Positions 53,449-64,000 of a DNA stretch of 64,000 bases are shown here, piece after piece. Within the stretch, counting starts at the first letter, position 1, and each line of letters starts with the position of its first letter. The position numbers were made by a program, and so were the translations under genes. The notes below the pieces were generated by a model, which saw nothing but the letters and a program-made list of their open reading frames with translations, had not been told where the DNA came from and searched no databases. Source of the stretch: Macrostomum hystrix (taxonomy: Eukaryota > Animalia > Platyhelminthes); assembly GCA_950097015.1 (NCBI GenBank), contig CATNEN010000008.1, positions 1,550,001 through 1,614,000 on the forward strand, given 5' to 3'.

Positions 53449-56400
53449 CTAGATATCTGTTTCGGTGGTCTTGATCACAGCTGAGATGCCTTCGGCCTTG
53501 AGTCGCTTGAGTACTGGCCGGTAGATATTGAGCGACAGCGGCAGCACGAGGCCTTTGTCCTGGATCTCCTCTGCGGAGTTGAAGTTTAGTTCGGGAGCGG
53601 AGTTGGGTGCATGTATATTGGTGAAGACAGAGGGGTTGGGTGCATGTACATTGGTGAAGACAGAGGGGTTGGGTGCATGTACATTGGTGAAGACAGAGGG
53701 GTTGGGTACATGTACATTAGTGGAGACAGAGGGGTTGGGTGCATGTACATTAGTGGAGACAGAGGGGTTGGGTGCATGTACATTAGTGGAGAGAGAGGGG
53801 TTGGGTGCATGCACATTAGTGGAGACAGAGAGGTTGGGTGCATGTACATTAGTGGAGAGATGGGTTTGGTGTGCATTTGTGGAGAGGGGTTGGGTGTACA
53901 TTAGGATGAGGAGCATGTACATTAGTGGAGACAGAGGGGTTGGGTGCATGTACATTAGTGGAGACAGAGGGGTTGAGTGCATGTACATTAGTGGAGACAG
54001 AAGGGGTTGGGTGCATGTACATTAATGAAGACAGAGGGGTTGAGTACATGTACATTAGTGGAGACAGAGGGGTTGGGTGCATGTACATTAGTGGAGAGAG
54101 GGGTTTGGTGTGCATTTGTGGAGAGGGGTTGGGTGTACATTAGGATGAGGAGCATGTACATTAATGGAGAGGGGATTGATGTACATTAGTGCAGAGAGTG
54201 GTTAGTCCACTTGCATGATATGTGCCAAGAAAGCAGTTACAAAAAGTGCACGAGTCTCACCCTCCAGAATCATCTTGGTGACGATGGCAGTTGGATAGCC
54301 GACAGTGAGTGCCATGGCTGAATAGCCATTCGGATCTCCGTACTTTACCAGGCTGATCTTCTGGTTCTCAGCGATGCTATTGGGGTATCGGCTGCTGATG
54401 TCAAGAACCATCACCACAACATCCGTCTCGTGGGCCTCTGAAATAGTTTTATAGATATTCATGCGCCGATTGTACTACTGATATCAAATAAGTAGTATAG
54501 TGGATTAAATAAAACTGATCTAAAAGTATCCGTCTTCACGGGGGGGGTGAGTGGCAGAGCGGTCTAACGCGTTTGCCTCTCGCACCAAGGTCCCTGAGCT
54601 CGATTCCTCAGCGAGGCCTTATTGACTTGGGGCAAAGCCGTAAAATTTACGCCCTTAAGGGCCAACCTCCAAGGCACAGTGAGTGTCCACTGCCTGACGA
54701 TGAGAAAGTCAGGGCAGATGTACACACCTGTGTGAGCGTGTGCCTGAGTACAGTATCTGTGTGCGTGTGTGCTCAGGAGTCAGCGAAATGTGCAGAATTG
54801 CCTCCTCGCTGGCTGCGGGTCTAGTGTCAGCAAACGATATGCCATTGCCCGCAGCCCTCCTGCAATTAGAAGTTTGTGCTCACTGTATTTGAACTTCTCC
54901 GAGAGCAGCTTGCTGATGGTCGCCAGCGGTGTGTGCCGCTTGTTCACTACGACATCCTCGAACAGTCCCAGAGCTTCCACGCATGCGAATTTTTCTCGAT
55001 CTTTGCCAAGCCGGCTGAACACGGCGTCCTTCAGTGTGCCAACAAAGATGTCCTGCGGCTTGTTAACCAGATTGCACAACAGTTGTCGCCAGGTGACCTC
55101 CGGACCCTCCGGATGTAGGCTGGGATGCGGGGTGTCCGACAGTAGGCCCAGCTGGATCAGGCCCCAGGCCGAGTTGGAATAGCCGGTGTAGCGCAATGTG
55201 CCTCTCAGGATGTTTTTCGCAGTCTCGATGCCGTACAGCTCCCTGTAGTGCAGGCTGTCCCTGTTGGGATAGCCCTCCAAATTGAAGCCGGGGAAATAGT
55301 TGACATCCTGGGCTGCTAGCATCAGGTGGCCGCCTTTGGGTACTTCGACAATTTTGCCGGCCTTGAGGTAGCGGGCGGCGTTTAGGGTGGATAGGAGGGC
55401 CGCCTCCGGACTCCAGCTGAACTTGTAGCGCAGCGGATTGTCGCTGTGCTCAGGAGCTGGCAGGCCGCCGCAATAGCTCAGGAAGCTGACAGTTTGGCGA
55501 TTGATTGGGTGCCGTGATTGTCTTCGAGCTACCGTGCAGTACAAGTCTATCCCTCATCTATCCCTCATCTACTCCTCATCTACTCCCATCAAGTCCACAT
55601 CTACTCCCATCTACTCCTCATCAACTCTTCATCTACTCTTTATCTACTCCTCATCCACTCTTTATCTACTCCTCATCTACTCTTTATCTACTCCTCATTC
55701 ACTCTTTATCTACTCCTCATCTACTCTTTATCTACTCCTCATTCACTCTTTATCTACTCCTCATCTACTCTTTATCTACTCCTCATCCACTCTTTATCTA
55801 CTCCTCATCTACTCTTTATCTACTTCTCATCCACTCTTTATCTACTCCTCATCCACTCTTTATCTACTCCTCATCCACTCTTTATCTACTCCTCATCCAC
55901 TCTTTATCTACTCTTTATCTACTCCTCATCCACTCTTTATCTACTCCTCATCCACTCTTTATCTACTCCTCATTCACTCTTTATCTACTCCTCATCCACT
56001 CTTTATCTACTCCTCATTCACTCTTTATCTACTCCTCATCCACTCCTTATCTACTCCTCATCTACTCTTTATCTACTCCTCATCCACTCTTTATCTACTC
56101 CTCATCTACTCTTTATCTACTCCTCATCTACTCTTTATCTACTCCTCATCTACTCTTTATCTACTCCTCATCCACTCTTTATCTACTCCTCATCAACTCT
56201 TTATCTACTCTTTATCTACTCCTCATCCACTCTTTATCTACTCCTCATCAACTCTTTATCTACTCTTTATCTACTCCTCATCCACTCTTTATCTACTCCT
56301 CATCCACTCTTTATCTACTCCTCATCTACTCTTTATCTACTCCTCATCTACTCCTCATCCACTCTTTATCTACTCCTCATCCACTCTTTATCTACTCCTC

Positions 56401-59400
56401 ATCTACTCTTTATCTACTCCTCATCCACTCTTTATCTACTCCTCATCAACTCTTTATCTACTCCTCATCTACTCTTTATCTACTCCTCATCCACTCTTTA
56501 TCTACTCCTCATCCACTCTTTATCTACTCCTCATCCACTCTTTATCTACTCCTCATCTACTCTTTATCTACTCCTCATCTACTCCTCATCTACTCTTTAT
56601 CTACTCCTCATCCACTCTTTATCTACTCCTCATTCACTCTTTATCTACTCCTCATCTACTCTTTATCTACTCCTCATCTACTCCTCATCCACTCTTTATC
56701 TACTCCTCATCCACTCTTTATCTACTCCTCATCCACTCTTTATCTACACCTCATCCACTCTTTATCTACTCCTCATCCACTCTTTATCTACTCCTCATCC
56801 ACTCTTTATCTACTCCTCATCCACTCTTTATCTACACCTCATCCACTCTTTATCTACTCCTCATCTACTTCTCAACTACTTTTAATATATTTCTCATCAA
56901 ATTCTAATCTACTCAATGCCTCATTTGCCACTAGCTGTGCCTGCTTCACCAGTCAACCTCAACTGTCAACCTCACCTGTCAACCGTGCCTCCGTGCTCTT
57001 TGATAGACTCGATAGCTTCCATAGCCAGCATGTGATCGATGCCCGGATCAAGTCCATTCTCCATGGAAACTGTGATGCCGAGATTGTTAGCCTCCTTGCA
57101 GAGCTCTCGCAGTTCTGGCGTCACATAGGATGCCGTGACCATGTGCCTCTTGGCTCTGAGACACATGCTGAGCACACGAGCGTGATGAGCATAGGGCAGC
57201 AGGCTTACAGTGAGGCTGTGGTCCTTGATCAGCTTCTCGATGTCGTCCGGCTGAGACTGCAGATCGCCGAACACTGGCTGACAGTTGAACTTGGTGGCCA
57301 GGGCCTCAACATCCGCCCGAACATTTGAGGCTGAGTTTTGTGAGCAGTTGAACATTGAATGTGATTTTTAATTATACCTGTCATCATCCTGTTCTACCTG
57401 TCCTCATCCTGTTCTACATGTCATCATCCTGTTCTACCTGTCATCATCCTGTTCTACCTGTCCTCATCCTGTTCTACATGTCATCATCCTGTTCTACATG
57501 TCCTCATCCTGTTCTACCTGTCCTCATCCTATTCTACATGTCCTCATCCTGTTCTACCTGTCCTCATCCTGTTTCACCTGTCATCTTCCTGTTCTGCCTG
57601 TCATCTTCCTGTTTCACCTGTCCTCATCCTGTTCTACATGTCCTCATCCTGTTCTACCTGTCCTCATCCTGTTCTACCTGTCCTCATCCTATTCTACATG
57701 TCCTCATCCTGTTCTACCTGTCCTCATCCTGTTTCACCTGTCATCTTCCTGTTCTGCCTGTCATCTTCCTGTTTCACCTGTCCTCATCCTGTTCTACATG
57801 TCCTTATCCTGTTCTACCTGTCCTCATCCTGTTCTACATGTCCTCATCCTGTTCTACCTGTCCTCATCCTGTTCTACATGTCCTCATCCTGTTCTACATG
57901 TCATCATCCTGTTTCACCTGTCATCTTCCTGTTCTGCCTGTCATCTTCCTGTTTCACCTGTCATCTTCCTGTTCTACCTGTCATCTTCCTGTTTCACCTG
58001 TCATCTTCCTGTTCTACCTGTCATCTTCCCGTTCTACCTGTCATCTTCCTGTTTCACCTGTCATCTTCCTGTTTCACCTGTCATCTTCCTGTTCTACTTG
58101 TCATCTTCCCGTTCTACCTGTCATCTTCCTGTTTCACCTGTCATCTTCCTGTTCTACTTGGCATCTTCCCGTTCTACCTGTCATCTTCCTGTTTCACCTG
58201 CCATCTTCCTGTTTGACCTGTCATCTTCCTGTTCTACCTGTCATCTTCCTGTTCCATCTGCCATCCTCCTTTTCCATCTGCAATCTTTCTGTTCCATCTG
58301 CCATCTTCTTGTTCTATCTGCCATCTTCCTGTTCTATCTGCCATCTTCCTATTCCAACAAGGCTGATCAATTCAGCCCTGAAAGACATCTCACCCAGGGT
58401 GATGTCGATGCTGCCATCTCGAGACAGGTACTCAATTAGAGGCGCGGCCACGTGACCAGCTCCAAGCACTAGGACTCGATTTTTAGCGGACTGTCGCGAG
58501 CTGATTCGTTGCTGCTGCTGCCGTTTTGCCTCGCGCAGGCCCGTGATGTACTCAAAGTTGGGCGTGAGAGAACCGTTGGACGTGATGATGGCGTTCTTAA
58601 CAACCGGACCAACATTCCAGTCTGTGAAGGACTGCTTTGCGTCTGAGGACATCTGGGATTTTTATGGATTAATTATAAATTTAGATCTGTCTTGACGACA
58701 TTAAACGAAAAAATGATCCTGAACTTTATGAAAATGGGAGGCGACACTCAATGCTCACAATGTCATAGATGTGAGGTAGCAGCAAGGAGCCGAAGAACTC
58801 AGTGCTCTCCCGCGGCATCTGAGCCGGCATGTTGTCCACGGCACAAATGATCACACCTGGACCTGAGAACCTGATGACGGTACAGGAAAAATATTGGAGT
58901 CAGTGAGAAATCTGTGAAAAATCAGTCAGGATTCAGTCAGGAATCAGTCAGGAATCATTCAGGAATCAGTCAGGAGTCAACCAGGAGTCAGTCAGGAGTC
59001 AGTCAGGAGTCAGTCAGGAGTCAGTCAGGAATCAGTCAGGAATCAGTCAGGAATCAGCCAGGAGTCATTCAGGATTCAGTCAGGAGTCATTCAGGATTCA
59101 GTCAGGAGTCCGTCAGGAATCAGTCAGGAGTCAGTCAGGATTCAGTCAGGAATCAGTCAGGAGTCAGTCAGGAGTCAGTCAGTCAGGAGTCAGTCAGTCA
59201 GGAATCAGTCAGGAGTCGTCAGGAGTCAGTCAGGAATCAGTCAGGAGTCAGTCAGGATACAGTCAGGAATCAGTCAGGAATCAGCCAGGAGTCATTCAGG
59301 ATTCAGTCAGGAATCAGTCAGGAATCAGTCAGGAGTCAGTCAGGAATGACTTACTGATCGTAGCTCATGTTCTGTTCAGCGTCGTACAGGCAGAACGGCT

Positions 59401-62400
59401 TATCGATGGTGGTGATCTCCTTCATGAACTCGATGGAGCCGCCGGGGTCGCAGCTGATGTCGCAGATTGCCAGCATGCGATGAGGCAGGGTGGGACAGCC
59501 TAGATAAAATTTTTAAGTATTTTAGGTAAAGCACGGGAGGTTTGGGGAGTTCGGGAGGCGCCTAAAAGCAACAAGAAAAAGTTCATTTGACTAACCAGGG
59601 GCTGACTCCAACCAGGGACTGTGGTCCTGCTCCCGCAGCAGAACCTTGGCATCCGGGATGCTAATTAGCCTGGGCGAACTAGGACCCCAGTAGATGCCGT
59701 TGATGATGACGGAGGCGTACGGTGCGACCTTCTTTGAGAACAGGCTGATGTAGCGCTCCGGATGCTTCTCATAATCCTCCGGATCGAATTTTCCCGTCTC
59801 TCGGTGTCTCAGGTGATCTACTCGGCTGCACACGCAGCCGTACACCTTGGAGGTTGAGCCGTGCTTCACAATGTCCGGCAGGTGGTCGACGTCGACCATT
59901 TCAAATGGCAACTCTCTGAAGATGTCCTGCGATCCTTGGCTGACATTGCCTGAACCGGTGAACACGAAGACCATTGTGCCGATGGACTTCGGCATGTTGC
60001 CGAGTGAGATCTCGTAGCCAGTGTCACGGACAGCCTGTTTGGCCATCTCCACGCTGCGGTAGTTGTGGGCCGGCCCGATGTGCTGAGTAGGCATTTATGG
60101 GGTATATGAGGCCATGTGTTAACAAGTTTACGAGTTTACGAGGTCGCACGAGTTTATGAGGTCACAAGAGTTTATGAGGTCACAAGAGTTTATGAGGTCA
60201 CAAGAGTTTATGAGGTCACAAGAGTTTATGAGGTCACAAGAGTTTATGAGGTCACAAGAGTTTATGAGGTCACAAGAGTTTATGAGGTCACAAGAGTTTA
60301 TGAGGTCACAAGAGTTTATGAGGTCACAATAGTTTATGAGGTCACAAGAGTTTATGAGGTCACAAGAGTTTATGAGGTCACAAGAGTTTATGAGGTCACA
60401 AGAGTTTATGAGGTCACAAGAGTTTATGAGGTCACAATAGTTTATGACGTCACAAGAGTTTACGAGGTCACAAGAGTTTATGAGGTCACAAGAGTTTATG
60501 AGGTCACAAGAGTTTACGAGGTCACAATAGTTTATGAGGTCACAAGAGTTTATGAGGTCAAGAGTTTACGCAAAAGCTCACGCAAAAGAGCATCTTTATT
60601 TTACAAGAAAGGGTAAGTGCACTTTTAGTATTAATCGCATCGACTTTTAAGAAGTAGTTTCTTAGCCAACAGCTTGGACTTGAATAAAGTTGGAAAAATT
60701 GCAAAGGAAGTAACAAATTTCGAATTAGACTTGCTAATTTACTGCAGTTTACCCACGATACAGAAAACATAGAAGGTAGCTAAAACTGCTACTTGGCTCT
60801 TGATATTAGAATTAATAAGAACTACAAAAAAACTATTCTGGTGAGCTTAATAGTCATTGAATTGAACAGTTGGCTGTCATTGCCCTCAACTTGTTCTTGT
60901 CAATATACAGGCTATGAGACAAGCCTTATAGTCCGATGCGATTTAGCAAACACTCCGGCAAGGCTAGACCAGAAAAATCCAGTTTATTTTTTAAAGCAAG
61001 TTGAGCATTTCGTGCAAGAGAAAGAGAGACTAAGGTTTAAGTACATAACTCTTTCAGAGAAACTACAATCGTAGATTGTAGTTTTAAGGTCCCATTTGTA
61101 CTTTTCTGTTTTTTATCACTTTCCGGTGTGGCTAAAATCAACATTGACCTACATATGAACCTTAGGTGAATGCCGGTAATGGCCAATGATATCTGACTTC
61201 GCGTCTGTCTCTCTTTATATTAATCGCTAACTTCCGTCCACTTGGCACGCCTAATATGTACATGGCGGCGCAAATCTTGCAAATGTACATTCCCAACCCC
61301 CCTAAATGTTCTTCCCCCCCCGAATATAGCCAGCTAGCTATAATGCGCTGCGTGTGTGTACAAATGTACGCTAGTCCTTTGCCCTAGTTTTTTTGTGAGC
61401 CGGTTGATTGCACGTAGCCAGGTCTTCCCGCTCTCTTATCTACTAAGCTAGTGTAATAGATTCTGCTACAATTCTTATTTCCTCTCCTCCTGTTGCAGCT
61501 GTTGCACACACTGCTAGCTCTAGAACTAGCTATATTATTCACTACACACTGAAGTATGCCTTAGAGGCCCACCCCATAGCTGGCGCCTGCAACGCCAGCT
61601 GAAACCGCAAGGGCCTGCTGACACACCCCTCGTTCGTCTGGCCAATAGAAAACGGACAAGAAGACACATTATTTCAAGGACGAAAGGTCCTCTTAACTTT
61701 GCCTTCAAAAGCATAATGGAAATCTCCCAGTAACCTTCCAGGTCTCTTATTTCTCTTAACTGGCGCCACTTTATTCAGACAGTTTGTACTTTTACCGACC
61801 GCACCTTCTGCCCAAGGGTCTGTGAATCAATGTATGGAGTCAGGTCTCATTTTGTATGTATAGAAAAAGTAAATTTTGCTCACCATGAATGGAGTGTGAT
61901 GTCCCAGAGCTAAGAGACGAATTCCAAGACCATTGAGAATGTTAATCATGCCGACAATGCCGGCGTATTTTCCAAACGCCACCGTCCGCTTGCCATGGTT
62001 GTCGACCATTTTCTCGTAGTCAAGAAGCCGAATATTGCGCTCAATCAGTGTGTCCAGTAGCGGCATGTTTTCTTCCTGTGCCTTGATTGTGTGAGAAAAG
62101 AATGCATAGGTCTTGTCCGGCATCAGGCTTTGATAGTCTAGAGGAACCGGCTTAACACCGATGATCACTGGCGCCTCGGATATGTCTTCTTGAATGATGG
62201 CGCCCGCTTGTAGGTATTCCTATTTGAAGATTTAAAAGTAGACTTGAACTTAAATTTATATAAATTAAATATTTGTTGTAAAATACATAAAAAGAGTAGC
62301 TTACATTATGAGTGAAGGCTCGCCTGTTTGAGGGCTGAACAATGACCTTCACACCCTCCTTTACTAACCTCCTAACATGATTAGGTGAAAGAGGCGCTCT

Positions 62401-62523
62401 TCGCTCCCACAGATTGATAGTTTCCCTACGTATAGCCAAGATCTTGTTCGAGCCATGATTGTCAACAAAGCTGCTTAGCAGGCGTCGCGCCTGAGTATGT
62501 GGCAACTTTGGAAAGCGCCACAT
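53449..62523 (-). CDS. AASS: Alpha-aminoadipic semialdehyde synthase (bifunctional LKR/SDH); 10 exons 62523-62305, 62219-61884, 60082-59596, 59499-59355, 58870-58759, 58652-58394, 57330-56976, 55485-54884, 54437-54261, 53570-53449; 937 aa
   Basis: Mitochondrial-type presequence, then [66 protein letters not shown] and [10 protein letters not shown]. All junctions are in frame. Confidence 0.97.
53590..54195. repeat. 33-bp minisatellite in AASS intron 9
   Basis: Unit GTGCATGTACATTAGTGGAGACAGAGGGGTTGG. Confidence 0.93.
54541..54866 (+). mobile_element. tRNA-derived SINE family 1, near full-length copy in AASS intron 8
   Basis: A box GTGGCAGAGCGG (54551-54562), B-box-like GAGCTCGATTCC (54596-54607); body shared with six other copies in this window. 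Confidence 0.8.
55545..56875. repeat. 22-bp (2 x 11) minisatellite ATCTACTCTTTATCTACTCCTC in AASS intron 7
   Basis: Tandem copies. Confidence 0.95.
57375..58345. repeat. 20-bp minisatellite TCCTCATCCTGTTCTACCTG in AASS intron 6
   Basis: Tandem copies with a variant gradient along the array. Confidence 0.95.
58915..59347. repeat. 11-bp minisatellite TCAGTCAGGA(A/G/T) in AASS intron 4
   Basis: Starts immediately after the minus-strand GTAAGT donor. Confidence 0.92.
60125..60568. repeat. 18-bp minisatellite GAGTTTATGAGGTCACAA in AASS intron 2
   Basis: About 24 copies. Confidence 0.95.
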
Positions 62524-64000
62524 TTTTCGGGGATAAAGCTGTCCGAATTTTTGCTAAATAAGACTTCAGCTGCTTTCTAAAATACCTTTTTTGATTGACG
62601 GAATAATCTACGTACAGGATTCAAAGCCATAAATAGGCAATTTTACGCTAGTCAAACTGACGCGCTAATACATAATAGAAACTTAGATAGCTATAACAAA
62701 AGAATAACTCTAAAATTAAAATGGCAAAATTCGCGACAGCCAAATATAATGAAGAGAAAAAAACGTAACATTTACATGAATAAATTACTAATATTATTAT
62801 GACATCTTTAACTTAAAAAACTCGTGTTTATTTATTCATCTTTGCATTCAATTTGGCATGCAATTCTTGCTTACATGTACATACGAGTATGAAGCCTTGT
62901 GGATGCAATGAGTACAGTTCATTTTCTATCGTTGAGATCTTTTTCGCTTGGAAATATTTCTATATAGGTTTTCAACCCAGAAAGACTTACTAGAAACTAA
63001 TTTTCCGTTCTCCAAAAATGCACGCATTAAAAAAAGCAATTAAGTTAAGAAACAAGTTTACACTGGTATTAACAAGCAATGACTTCATGATGAGTGATGA
63101 ATGAACAAAATATTTTTTAATTCCTTTTATGTTTCATGTTTAGCTGAAATGTATTTTTAACTGTATTATTGCTTATACTTAGTTAACTGATTTTAGTTAT
63201 CTTACAGCTAGATTTTCTCCTAGATTCAGTTCATTGCATTTTCATATTAACTAATACAAATATAATTTTTGTCTGATACCTCATTTGGCATCCTTAAAAT
63301 CAACCAATTAAGTTTATGTATGACCAAAATGTTATTGCTTTCTGTAGGTTCCACCAAAGAGAATCAGTACTTGATAAAAACATAAAAATCAGAAGATGCA
63401 GTTTTCGTTTTTTATCAATAAGAAATTTATAAGAATTTTTATGACAATGCAAGTCCTAACTGCCTTTTAAGATGCAACAGGATAAATGAATTTCTCGCTC
63501 ATAACATAAATTGTACATATCTACAGGATGCTTCGTTGTTTTATAGTTTCAGTTTTGAATAAGATTAGAATGAAAACGCAATAGCTAATAAATGAAATAA
63601 TCAATGCTATTAATAAGATCATTTTCGTTCTTAACGTGTCCAGTTTTCTTTCATTTGATTAATATCTTTCAATCGTAACTCTTACTACAAGTAGAGTGAC
63701 AAGCTAACGTAACTCAATGAAACAGTAAGCGATTTTCTCACTACAAAGTATATGTAGTGTACTCGTAACTGTAATATCGTGTTTTTTATTTAGAAATATA
63801 AAAAAATCAGCACCTTTTTTTGGCCTGCGCATTAGATTTTATAAAATTAACATTTTAGTATTTTTTGTTATTATTTTAATTCTATATTAATGGTTTTCAA
63901 CAAACGAAAAAACGTCTTAATTGAATAAGACTTTGCGAAGGCAGCGAACCACTGTCATCCAGTTCGATTGCTATGTATAATGATCGAAAAATTTCACTTA

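Noticed and set aside
61200-61720. Solo LTR in AASS intron 2 starting TGTACA
   Set aside because: No matching 3' end with a TSD could be defined.

Overview
Eukaryotic (animal) genomic DNA; no prokaryotic features. GC-rich exons, very short or repeat-filled introns and abundant minisatellites are reminiscent of the flatworm Macrostomum (an inference, not proven). Nine spliced or single-exon protein genes were reconstructed by hand from GT-AG boundaries and reading-frame phase. On the + strand: a C7orf78-like gene, proteasome alpha-1 (PSMA6), a GT31 beta-1,3-glycosyltransferase, BTBD10/KCTD20, a divergent caspase, a TRAF-family protein, a putative neuropeptide precursor and an orphan single-pass membrane protein. 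On the - strand: a complete 10-exon AASS (LKR/SDH). About 30% of the window is tandem repeat, made of roughly 25 arrays with almost all different units, many filling introns. There are also two tRNA-derived SINE families, two decayed non-LTR retrotransposons, and a solo LTR and a 5'-truncated LINE inserted with clear target-site duplications into one minisatellite. Most long ORFs in the supplied track are translations of tandem repeats. Most notable observations: single-base frameshifts in the caspase (immediately before the catalytic Cys) and in TRAF; a repeat unit that supplies a real 3' splice site; a GA(A/T)TC core shared by unrelated arrays; an HSE-like array upstream of TRAF; and an unassigned secreted-peptide precursor.
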